64,000 bases of DNA. Origin: Orbicella franksi. Lineage: Eukaryota. Below the pieces are notes generated by a model. It did no database searches, was not told the origin of the DNA, and saw nothing but the letters and a program-made list of their open reading frames with translations. The position numbers and the translations under genes are program-made. The number at the start of each line of letters is the position of its first letter. Position 1 is the first letter of the stretch. This document shows, piece by piece, positions 34,506-45,921 of this stretch. The stretch spans positions 1,178,001 through 1,242,000 of the forward strand of contig OZ116700.1 of the NCBI GenBank assembly GCA_964199315.1. The letters run 5' to 3'.

Positions 34506-37500
34506 ATGGCGGCTGCAGCGACAAGCTCCGGAAACGATGAAGTTGACGACTTATTTTCACGATTTATGTCCGAGGTAACAAAATTATTCCCCTAATAAAT
34601 GATATGATCCCTTTAGCTTTGTTGAACGTGAGGAATTTGATCAAATATCGTTTTCACACTGCTATAGACTCTGGTTGAATTATGTAAGCGCTGGCTAGAA
34701 GCAGCTAGAAGTCCAGCAGCCGGGCGGCGTTTTTAAAATATTTCGCTCCGGCAGTCAGAAAATGTTTTTTTGCATCGTGGTACCATTACAGTTTTTGAGA
34801 ACTAGCCGTTAACAGGCTAAGCGTGTCGCCATTCAAGCTAATCTCTGTGCTTTTCAGGCTAACCGGAGGCTGTTTCATTAATGCTTACCAGACACAGAGT
34901 ATATCATAAGCTTAAATAAAGTGTAATACTCGAGCTCCGTGTCCTGTTAGCCTAAATAGCACTCCAGTCAGCCTGGAAAGCGCTACGGGAGTTAGCCAGA
35001 ATGGGGCATCAGTTGGCCTGTTTTACGGTTAGTTCACAATGATTGTATCGATAACACTATAAATATTTACAACGTAGTCCTAAGAAGAAAATTTTCTGAC
35101 TGCTACATGGAGTATTTTAAACACGCTGGTCAGGCCGGTTACCGTCAGGCCAGACATCTATTAAGTCCATTAAGCTTGTTAATTCATACATGCAATTTAT
35201 CTCATAATAATATTTTGATGTCTCCATCGTTTGCTTAATTAGATGGCAAAAAAATGTAACTACATTTGGAGTACAATGTTATGATTAGACAAGGTCCGAA
35301 ATTGCGCTTTCCTGGTCGCCAATGCAACTAAAAATTTTGCACTGGCAATCAGAATTTCACAGCTGGTCGCCAGCAGGTGATTAACTATTTCATGTCACAA
35401 TAAGTGCACAAACAATAACTTTGATTTTCAGCCAAATCAATCAAAATAAAATTCAAAGCCGCCCGCCAATTGGTCACTTCCTTTTTACCTTTCCCCTGCT
35501 TTTGAAGTATAAAACCAATTTTCCGGTTATTATAAATCTACCACAACATTTTACACCTACGATCATTGTGAAGCTTCGCCGCCATGTTTTTCAGCAGTTT
35601 CCCATAACGTACATATTGTGGGCGTAAGAGGTCCCATGCATTATTTGGCCGTGAATATTTTTATTCAGGCGATGTGGTGTCCAAAGATGTTCCGAAATCT
35701 TTCCGTAATTTATTGCAAAGTGGAGACGGAACATCCGGGAAGAAATTAGATGAAGATTTAGATATTCTCTGGGCGTCAAAAGGTGGAAATGTAGATCTGC
35801 CAAAGTGTTCAAAAGATGATTTCAGCACTGGTTTGATTCCTAATTACATCGATTGCAAATCATATTTTGCCGGCAAGCTGGCGGCAACCAAAAATTTTGG
35901 TTTGTGTTTCACTGCGAAGGAAAAATTTTATTGACACTTTTTGGCGACCACATTTTTCCATATGGTGACTGAAAAAAAATTTCAGTCACCAGTTGGCGCC
36001 TGCCGAAAAAAGTTAATTTCATACCCTGTTAGATGCAGCTTGTTGCAAAGCTTGTATATATCTGTATTTATTTTTCCTATATCATTTTAAATCATCTTAC
36101 ATTAAGTTGTTTTTCTGTAAATAGTGTGCGATAATGAAAACTGAAAAAACTGAAAAACTGCGTTTAAAACAAGTTATGGGGGAGGTTCAGAGCCACTTTA
36201 AAACTAAGGTGGCCCTTAACCCCCTCCACAGAATTTGTCAAACTTCTGCAGCAAGTCACATCTTAGCATGCTTATCTCAATTTGACGATAAAAGACCCCA
36301 AACACAAGTATTACACAGGCTAATGGGGATAATAAGCTTTTCAATGATTCCGCCAGGGAGCAACTAGACAATCTCTGGTTACTCTGCAGTGGGTCATCAA
36401 TCAATAAGCACTTTATACCTACACGTAACTGTGATGAATTTATAAATGGTTTTTTCATGATTAAGTCATAAGTGGCACCTTGGCAAAGTGTTACAGTTCC
36501 AGCCAGGTGAGCTGAACTTGGCAGGTTGAGGTCAGCAGTTTGAATCCTGGTATGAGACATTTTTCCCTTCAAAATTTAGGGGTGAAAAGCCGCCCTCAAA
36601 GGGGTTGATGGATCGAATTATACACTCACCTTTGTTGTGTATCAAAAAGTCATTAATTTGGGAGCACTTACAGTGTATTCAATTCCAAACATGCAAGAGC
36701 AGTTCATTGCTTTGGTAGCCATTTTGTTCACAAGGGTCAGGCGAACGCCCCCTCTCTTGCAAAATAGCCTGGTCAATGGACTTACCACTAAAAAATAGTG
36801 CATGACGCATTGACTGACAGAGCAAGTGAATTATTTCTTCCCGACTAACTGCTATAAGTCATTGTAGCTGCACTATCACTTGTTAAAAAGGATGACCTGA
36901 TGTCTTTACCAATGACTGGGTGTTTGTTTGAAACCATTATTGTAGGATTATTTGATAAAGAGTAGCAGTATTGATCTACCAAAGTATAAGTGATATAAAA
37001 ACCTGGAAAACTGTTGTCAGCCACCCTAACATACTTATTTTGGCCTGTTCATCTAGCTAATAGACAGTGTGCCTGTATGTAACAAATAATAATAATATTA
37101 TTATTCTTTTCAACCTTAAGGTTAAGGAGATTGAGAAAAGAGATTCTGTTCTGACAGGACCCCAGCAGATAGAGAGGTTAACAAGGCCTGGATCAACATA
37201 CTTCAATCTAAATCCTTATGAGGTTAATATTTTAGTTTATTTTTTCCTAAGAGGGCACAGTAATGAATCCTGCAATCTGATTGGTTCTTAGCGCAGTCCG
37301 GATTTTCCTATCTCTGACCACGGTCACAGTAATTGTGGGAAACAGTGTCGGTGAAATTGTCTTGTTGGTCAATTTTCACGAGAGTACTAGTGGTAATGGT
37401 CAACCTTTGCCATTTTTACACTTCCATCGACAATAATATTAATCAACGCAAGTTTATCTCTATTCACTTTTAAATGGCAAGGAAAGTCACTGTAAGTAAA

Positions 37501-40500
37501 TTCAATTGAGTATTTTGAAGTTGTGAGAGTTTGTTTGGCTGTTTGTAGCTTGGCGCTGCAATGGCGTGTAATCCTGTGTCTTCTGTGTTTCTCTTGCCAC
37601 ACAATTTTAAGCAAAACAGAAGTCAGTTGCAGTCAAGTTTACCTCTCCAATCGTTGCCGTATTTAAGAGAATTTCTGTGGAATACACTTAACGGATTTCC
37701 TCGCTTTCTGCCACTCAATTTACGGTAGAAAAGTCTGATTTCGAGTGAGTTGCAACGACTGATTAGTGATAGGAATTGTTCTTGTAGTGCAACTTCAAAC
37801 TTTGCATGAAATTTCACACCGGAAAAACAATTTTGGAGAATTTAACTGGTGAACTAGATGCAACTAATATAAAGTATATCGAAATACACCTGTTCTTTAA
37901 CCCTTTACTCCCTAAGGCGAACGGCAGTTTTTCCCAAATCAGCAAATAAAGACACTCTGCCTGTGTACAATATGCCATTTGAAAACCACTAATCAGCTTA
38001 TCTAGTATCTGAGTTATTCGTTTGTTTGCTCGTTAGCTTTTTTACAATGGTTTGTAGACGGTACGTAAGCCAGTTCACCAACAAAGTTGCGTAAACAAAC
38101 CCACCTCAGGCTTGAAAATGCTGCCTGAGGCCGCAGTTTTTTACTATATGGACCGACCCTAAGCTGGCAAATAACATATATAGCATTTAAGGTCAACTCC
38201 TAGGGTCCAGAGGATGGAGACCTGTGAGGATAATAATATCCTCACACGCTGATATCAAAGAGCTAATAATATTAATATCTGTGTAGACCCTTGGGGCACG
38301 TTCCATTTATCCAAAAAATAGCAAAAAGTTCAAAATGGGGACAAATGGTATGGAAATTTCCAGGGAAAGTTTCAGAATAATCTGGAAATTGTTGAATTTC
38401 TGAAAAGCAAACCATTCAACTGACAACTACGGAAATTCCTGGAGGAAAATCAAATGGAACGGAAATCCCTAGTAAAAAATTTACAAAAATTTGGATATGC
38501 CTCACGACGTTGTCCTCTTTTTCAGAAATTCAGGAAAATGCTCTTTCCTCTGTCACTGGATATTTCCAGAAATTCAAACCACAATTTTTATCAAATGTAA
38601 AGTGCTCCAAGTTTGTTCTGTTGGAAATCCACAAGCCTGATAATAAGTTCTCTAGTCCTTGTCTATTTACTGATAGAGCATGTTCATGCACACATTTCCT
38701 TGATAGAGTCTTGAAAGAGGAAAGAATATTTTTTTCTATTTAACTTCAAATTTATTTAATTTCAATCTAAAAATATATTGTCTTCTGACTACCACCCTTA
38801 ATATTATTCTTTGAGTTTTAGTTTGTTTTAATTATCAAGTTATTGACTGTACTAACTCACAACACTACATTCACAACATTTCTTCTTAACTCAAAAATTT
38901 TCAAGCCTGCCTGCTACCTTTTATATATCTTTCAGGTTCTTCAACTTTCTACTGATGTCAAAGAGGATGAAATAAAAAAGCAATACCGGAAGGTAGTTAC
39001 AAGCCTAGGCACTTCAAAATTAAATGTTGTACATATAGTACCAGATTTATGTCAACCCTGAATACTTGTAAAACAACTGACACTGTTACTGATATCAATC
39101 CTGAATACTTGCAAGACAGCTGACACTGCTATTGATATCAACCCTGAATACTTGTAACACAACTGACACTGCTATTGATACTGTATCAACCCTGAATACT
39201 TGTAAGACAACTGACACTGCTATTGATATCAACCCTGAATACTTGTAAGACAACTGACACTGCTATTGATACGGTATCAACCCTGAATACTTGTAAGACA
39301 ACTTACACTGCTATTGATATCAACCCTGAATACTTGGAAAACAGCTGACACTGCTATTGATATCAACCCTCCATAAAGTAAAAACCTTTGTGTAAGAAGC
39401 TAGGGGTTTAAGAACCTGCTGGTAGAAATTTGCCAACATTTTAAAACCCTAAAATATAAAGACCTGTTTGGCTAAGCAAGATCAAGCAGGTTCTCACATG
39501 TAGGTTACAGTTAAATAATGAACCCAAGTTATATAGGAAATGCCACATAATAATTGTGCTCTAATCCTGTTTGTTTGTTATGCAGCTTTCATTTCTTGTC
39601 CATCCTGACAAGAACCGGGATGATTCTGAAAGAGCTCAAAAAGCATTTGAAGGTGAGCCAACAATGTTGGGTTTAGCTGGCCAATTTTTGTCACTGTTCT
39701 GAGCAATCATCCTTGCTGTGTATAATTCCTTACATCATTAGCATGTGCACCAGTGTGTGCACATACAGACCAGTAATAACAATAATTAAAATATTTAAAC
39801 ACGGTGCTCACTTCACGATAAGATGCTTTTCAGTGGGGCACTGCAATAGTATGTTGTATCATGATTTAAACATAGGTTAAAAGTTTTGCTTTCAATTGAG
39901 ATAGTTTTATTTGAATGCTGCAAAAAAAAAAAAACATGTCTTAAAGAAATACTATAGTATTTACGCAATCGTAATCTTCCTAGTTTCCTTTTCAAATTAT
40001 AACGCGGTATTTGTTGTCAGACCAAAGCCTGTTTTGTGGAACAGCTCAGATATTTGATGTAAAAACTGACTTTTTCAGATCAAAAGTTTGCATGCAGCAA
40101 AAGACTAGAATCTATTAAAAGCAGTGTTATTGTAACCCACTGACCAACCATCAGGTAAACAGGTCATCTGATTGGCTACACCAGGTAGATATTTGTGAAA
40201 TAGTTATTTAGACAGCTAGAAATCTCAAGCTTTCTTTCTAATTGTTTAACATGTCTCAGTTGTTCTGTGAAATTTTGGTCAACTAGCCTCATTTTTGTTA
40301 TGGAAAATACTTTCACTCCTGATGCCTAGTCTCAAAAAAAGAAGAATACTGTTTGCAAAATTTCAATTGAGTTGTTTGTTTACAATTCAATACCAGAACA
40401 CATGACATTGGATACAAAGAGCATTTTGATCAAGAGATGGGAATATATGATAGATAGTAATGAATTAATAAAGAAACCATTGGAAGGCTGCGTCCTAGAC

Positions 40501-43500
40501 CCTATACAAGGCAAGTCAACATTAATCACAACAACTCACAATTGTTACTGAACAGCAGCTCTAGATAGTGGTCAGATGGGATTATAAAACCTAGTTTCAA
40601 TTCCATTGCCTGACAAGTCGTCGAGACAAGTCGCTGATATGCTGGCCAAGTGGCCTCTATTTGTGTCGTCTTTCTTGATTCATTTGATGTTTTATTTCAG
40701 CTGTCAGTAATGCCCACAAGCTGCTTCTAGATGAGGACAAAGTTAAAAAGGTTAAGGAAATCCTAGAAGAAGCACGAGCAATGGTCAAAGCAAATGTAAG
40801 TTTTCCATTGATTCACTTCACTGAGTAACATAGAAACTCTCCTTTGCATATTTAATTTTGTTGTACATTTTTAATAAATGAAGAAGAGAAGATGCAGATG
40901 TATTACTAACACCAAAAAGTGACCAGGTACCAGATGATAATTATATTATTGGAACATCATACATGTGGAAAACAAGCTTGTAAAAATGTGACCTATTGAC
41001 TCTTGATCAAACGTTAGGTAGCTTCATCTTGTTTCATTTTCCATCGTATTTAAAGAAATGAATAATTCCTTTGCTCACCCTTGGAGAACAGTTCTTGAAC
41101 AACATAGTATATGATGTGGTTTTGTTGGTGCAAAAATTGTCTGGTTCTTTCATATTACCTATGTCAGCTCAAAGAAAAGAAAAAGCAGGCAAAGAAAGAG
41201 GGGAAAGACAAAATTGAAGAAGAAGAAGACCCAGATAAGGTAGAGCTCGAAGCAAATTTATAATGCCCTCCAGGATCATGTTCATTTGTTTCCAACTGTT
41301 TAATTAAGTGAAGTCAAGTGAAAGTTAGGTACCATAACTTGATTGAAGGCAATCCACAACAAGGGAAGGTGTTGCTTATGTCACGAAGCGTTGGGAAATG
41401 TCAATTCGTGCTTTACCAGTTAGTGTTTTGCAGCGTTAAAACAAAACCCGTATTATTTCTTCAAGTAACAGGAACCTACTATAGGAAACTTTGATTCAAA
41501 TTAATATCATTTTCGACTGAAGCATATTATAAGAAAGGTTTCTTCAAATTTAAATTGCAAACTCGACCAGCGCACTAAGATACTGTTACAGCAGACTAAT
41601 GTGACTAATGTAGCAGTGCGTCATGAAGTAGAAACAGTTTAGGTATCTGACAAGCTTTCCTGCCGACCACTAACAACACGATCTAGACATGAAGAGCCCA
41701 CCCATATGGCAGCAGCATAGATTTAACAAGATTTAAACAGGAATGAAGAATTGTATCATGTTTTAAGAACCGTTTTTTTTACCAATTTCTGTGTATTTAC
41801 TTCGTAAAAGAGCTCATTCGTATCAACTTATATAACGTTTTTTGCTCCCTGAAAGTAACAACCCCGCGAAAGTAACTTGTAATATTTCGATATATAATTC
41901 TATATCATCTTCAGACTGAGGTGATATATAGGTAGCAGAAATTTAAATACCGCAAGATGGTACATTAGCATTAGCACGTGAAAATACAAAACAGAGACCA
42001 TACTATCGAGAGAATAGGCATACATTCCCTACTGGTTGTTAAACCAGTGTTCAAATATATGGCGCTGAACGCTTGGTAAGCTTCTGTATATAGGAATAGA
42101 TTCCAATTATCGTCACTCTCTGATATAGAATTATATCGAAATATTACAAGTACCTCAACGATTCCTTGCATTTGTTGCCTGTATTATAGACACAATGCAT
42201 TTACTCGGTATCACATTTATTCTCTATTTCTTAAAATTATCAGCAGGTAATGGGTTTCAGAAATAATTTAATATACCTTTTCACTCTTGATTGAGCTGCC
42301 ATTGTATCTCTTGTTATTTTGTTCCCATTGACGTCCCGGTGTTTGGGAGGTCATGGGTTCGATTCCTGTCGGGGACTCAGATTTTGTCTTTGTCCCACAC
42401 TCGTGTCATGTTGATCAATTCATCTTTCAGTCACGTTTGTTTCCATAGTTAGGAAAATTAGTCCATTCCACGACTGTTAAACTATTTGCTGATTATGAAC
42501 TCAAGAGAAGAGCACAAGAAGAAAAAGATGCGGAAACAAGGTAAAGGAAATCTCACTCACCTGCTGGCATGCTGCATGTCTGTTCTGGGTTAGCTTCTGA
42601 ATGGTTCTCTAGTTGTGCTTAAGGGTCTTCAGGTTCCCCCTCCCCCACACCCCCAACAGCTCTTCGCCGGGTGTTTTGGGGTCCTCCTCTATTTCTGGTG
42701 TCCAATAGAGTCACCGCCGTGATGTTGTCGGGTCCTCTTCTAAGCGCGTGCCAGATACATCTCTATTGCCTTCTCATGAGTGCTTTCCATGCTTTCTTAA
42801 TGACACTGAGCGAGTAGTTCCTCATTTGAAATGGTGTTTGACCAGACTAATCCTTCAATTTTAACTCTTTCTCGGCGTAGTTCTCAATTAATTTCAAACA
42901 ACGGTTTGCAATCATTTAGATAACAGATAGACAGACAGACTTTCTCAGTTACACAGTAAATAAAAAGGTACATAAATAGAATAATTCAAAAAAGAGCTGG
43001 AGATTAGGCCAAAGACTGGATCAACTATCACCTCACATTAATGTAATTGATTTAACAGAATTCTAATTTTTTTTTCAAATCATTATTTTCAATTAATTTC
43101 TTACATTTCAAGTGGTATTAAATTTAACCCCTCAACGAGATCGTGAGCAGACCGAATTGTCATATTATAGCTGCCACTTGTGTGCATAACTTTGCTCAAC
43201 AATAATAACTTTGAGTTGCGTAATGGTGAATGTTCTTCTTTTAGCCTTCTTAGGAACTGAAATATCCAGTCCGATAGTTCCACTAATTAATCATATTGCA
43301 GCAATTGCATTATATTACTTGTAGGATTCCACTTATAGCGAATAGTAAGTGTAGTTGCCATAGAAACGAGAGCGAGTAGGATAGGAATGCTTGTCAAAGC
43401 AAGAACATTTTGTGATAGGATTAATGAACATTATTCATGCAAGGTTTGGCTGTCGGCAAATGTAGCCAATCCACTCCCAGTTTTCATTGTTTTGACGAAA

Positions 43501-44462
43501 TATAGCAAACTTGACTTAGAGTAACTACACTTTCAAAAAAACAAGGTGTTTCCACGTGTGAATTTTATCTTGTTTGCAGAAAACGGATGCGTGAGCAAGA
43601 GATAGCTGACGAAGAAGCAGCAAAAAAGAAGAAAGAATGGGAAAAAGAGTGGGAGGTCAGTAGCTTAGGAAACAACAACAACAACAACAACTTTATTTGT
43701 ACTCAGCTAGAAATTAAACGCAACACAACAAGTACCTTGGAAATGCAAAGTTGGACAAAAGACCCCGAGGATCTTTTATAAAAAGAACGGGACGTATTAA
43801 AATCCAATGTTAGAGAAATTCCGTGCGTATACTCCCATTTTGAAAAGGTGGGGATTGCTCGACGGAGTATAAATCAAGGATTCTGGTCTCACTTACGGTG
43901 CTCATGACGAAACGCCACATTCTTTAGCTGTCAAAGTATCTTTTAATGTGCACTAGAAGAAATAATAATGAAAATCGCTCTTATTTCCGTTTTTAGGTTC
44001 GATTTCCGCCGGTCTCTCGAGTCCGGTTTACTAGCACAGGGTCCTTTCCTGGACAGCGGGTCAAATGAAGCTTGATCCAGCCCCAGATTGATCTCCTTAA
44101 GGGGCTTTATTCAAATTTTCCGAGGAGCATTATCGACTTTTTCATATTTCTCCCCCCCCCCCCCCCGTGGAAGAAATCGTTTCCACGAAAGCACTCCCCC
44201 CATCACCTTCTGTTGGAATGCTTGTTGCCAGACAACCTTTCTCAATACAGTTTTGTAATCTTTCATTGGACTGACAAAACATTCGCCTCAAGACGTTTGG
44301 CTCTAACTCACTGTTTTTTGGTTTTTTTTTTCTTTTCAAAAGGAGAGTCGAACAAATCGCGTGGATAGCTGGAGAACGTTTCAAGCTGGAGGGAAAAAGA
44401 AAAAAGAAAAGAAAGGTCGCACTGCGTTCAAACCACCCGCTCTTAGGCCAGAGAAACGCTGA
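34506..44462 (+). CDS. DNAJC8: DnaJ homolog subfamily C member 8 (spliceosome-associated J protein), complete, about 249 aa
   Basis: Exons 34506-34574, 37121-37222, 38936-38992, 39586-39652, 40701-40795, 41168-41239, 42449-42540, 43580-43655, 44343-44462 (750 nt, in phase). Peptides: EVKEIEKRDSVLT..QIERLTRPGSTYFNLNPYEVL, J-domain YRKLSFLVHPDKN, C-terminal ESRTNRVDSWRTF...FKPP. Confidence 0.96.
35290..36028. mobile_element. Non-autonomous CAGGG-ended DNA transposon with 5-bp TSD (hAT5-like), 739 bp
   Basis: Ends CAAGGTCCGAAATT / AATTTCATACCCTG; TTAGA on both flanks; subterminal TGGTCGCCA/TGGCGACCA motifs. Confidence 0.75.
37250..38190. repeat. Interspersed repeat of unclear class in DNAJC8 intron 2
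   Basis: Starts AATCCTGCAATCTGATTGGTTC and ends ...TTTTACTATATGGACCGACCCTAAGCTGGCAAATAAC. The start resembles the AATCCTGCATTTTGATTGG motif at 51222. The class is inferred from resemblance only. Confidence 0.4.
38294..38608. mobile_element. PIF/Harbinger-like MITE
   Basis: GGGGCACGTTCCATTT ... AAATGTAAAGTGCTCC, with internal GGAAATT/AATTTCC repeats. Confidence 0.65.
39051..39370. repeat. 43-bp minisatellite, 7 copies plus a partial copy
   Basis: Unit ATCAACCCTGAATACTTGTAAGACAACTGACACTGCTATTGAT; periods 43, 43, 48, 43, 48, 43, 43. Confidence 0.95.
42335..42430 (+). mobile_element. tRNA-derived SINE fragment
   Basis: Pol III B-box GGTTCGATTCC at 42356-42366, followed by non-tRNA body sequence; the 5' end is truncated, with no A-box or full cloverleaf. 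Confidence 0.7.
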
Positions 44463-44806
44463 GCCAGTGAGCGTGACACAAACTGTCATTCATTTAAAGT
44501 ACTGGAAGGTCGCTCATAATGCGTGTGTTTGGAAATGTTTGTGTGCGTGTGGAAAAGCAAAGTGCCGACATGACTCCTCTGTGAATTGTAAATATTACCG
44601 TTATTTTATATCCTCGAAACAAGTTTCCAAGCTTATTAAAGTGCAACGTGATGTATCGCTCTGTTTGTTTGTGTCGTCCCCGGGGGGGAGGGGGAACTCC
44701 CAAATAAAGGTGACGGGAAAGATCGATGGAAATCTCGAAAGAGCTAGATGCAGTCTCATTCTGTGGGACTGGCGCTAGAGGTACCAAACTTCACATTCTC
44801 TTACCT

Positions 44807-44985
44807 AGACTGTTCACAACCCTCCATTTTCTGGTATTTTTATTCGATCGTTGAACACGGCTACACTATTTTTCGTTTGGCTCGCTTCGCTCGCCTTCCA
44901 ATCCGCACCCGCGTGTGCTTCGCGCTCACTTCGCTCGGCTTTTTCTTTCGCGTGCGTAGAAAAATAGCGTGGCTGTGAATAGTCT
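44807..44985. mobile_element. Short MITE
   Basis: TIRs AGACTGTTCAC / GTGAATAGTCT with internal CGCTTCGCTCG motifs. Confidence 0.7.
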
Positions 44986-45921
44986 TTCTCTTCCCAGTGA
45001 CTTGTCACTTTTCAGAACAAGTTCCAGATCACTTCTAATGGTAGACGTTTGAGATTTTAATTCTAAGAGATATGCGCGAGTTGCATGTAATTCATACTTC
45101 CTTTGCACTATTCCGATTGTTTCTTTGTAAAGCGTCGGAACATCTCGGAAATATTTCGGAAATATTCACATGGTTTTCGGGCCCTGTTCGGACGATCTTG
45201 TGCGGAGATCTTCGGGAATCCCACGCCGTTTATTGTACACGGTTTATTTAATTCCAGGCACTGCTAAATTCACCAACTCCCAACTTTCGCTGTTTTAACA
45301 AAGTAAGCTTCATGCCGCATGATCGAAGGAAGCTAAGCTTTATCTGCACGGCAAAATGGGCATGGATTTGGTCAGCATCTATGTAGCCTGCGTAGCAGGC
45401 GTATAAAGGGGAGGAAGTGGAGGAGGAGGAAGAGAATTCGGGAAAGAGAATTTCCCCTCCCTCCCCCCGCCCCACTCCTCTGTTTTTTTTCCCGAATTCT
45501 CTTCCTCAGGACCTATGGGGCATGCAAAGCGCAACACCACAATACTGCGAAACAGGAAGCTCGATCGTTGACTGTGGTGTTCTCTGTGATTTCATCAAGG
45601 CTTGGTCACTCAGCTCTTGGATTTGACTTTAAAACATGACCACTGAAAACATGTTCCGAGACATATTTTTTCCCTGTATTTCATATTATCGGAGGTGAAG
45701 AATGCTCAACTCTTAGCTGTTGTACAGTTTTAACATCGCAGCCTTAAAAAATCTAAATCTGACGTTTAATTCAGGATTGAAAGTGGTCTTTCTTTGCCTA
45801 TGGCGAGTTTGTATGGTATGTATGTGAATTGCTAGCTTGTCAAGTACTTCGGGGCACGCACACGAAACTGGAGACGATATAATTTGAACACACGGCAGAG
45901 CGAAGGACAAGTGGTCAGGAC

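Noticed and set aside
39051-39370. CRISPR-like regular repeats
   Set aside because: The units are directly adjacent with no unique spacers, there are no cas genes, and the context is a eukaryotic intron.
42335-42430. tRNA gene
   Set aside because: A B-box only, with no cloverleaf; treated as a SINE fragment.
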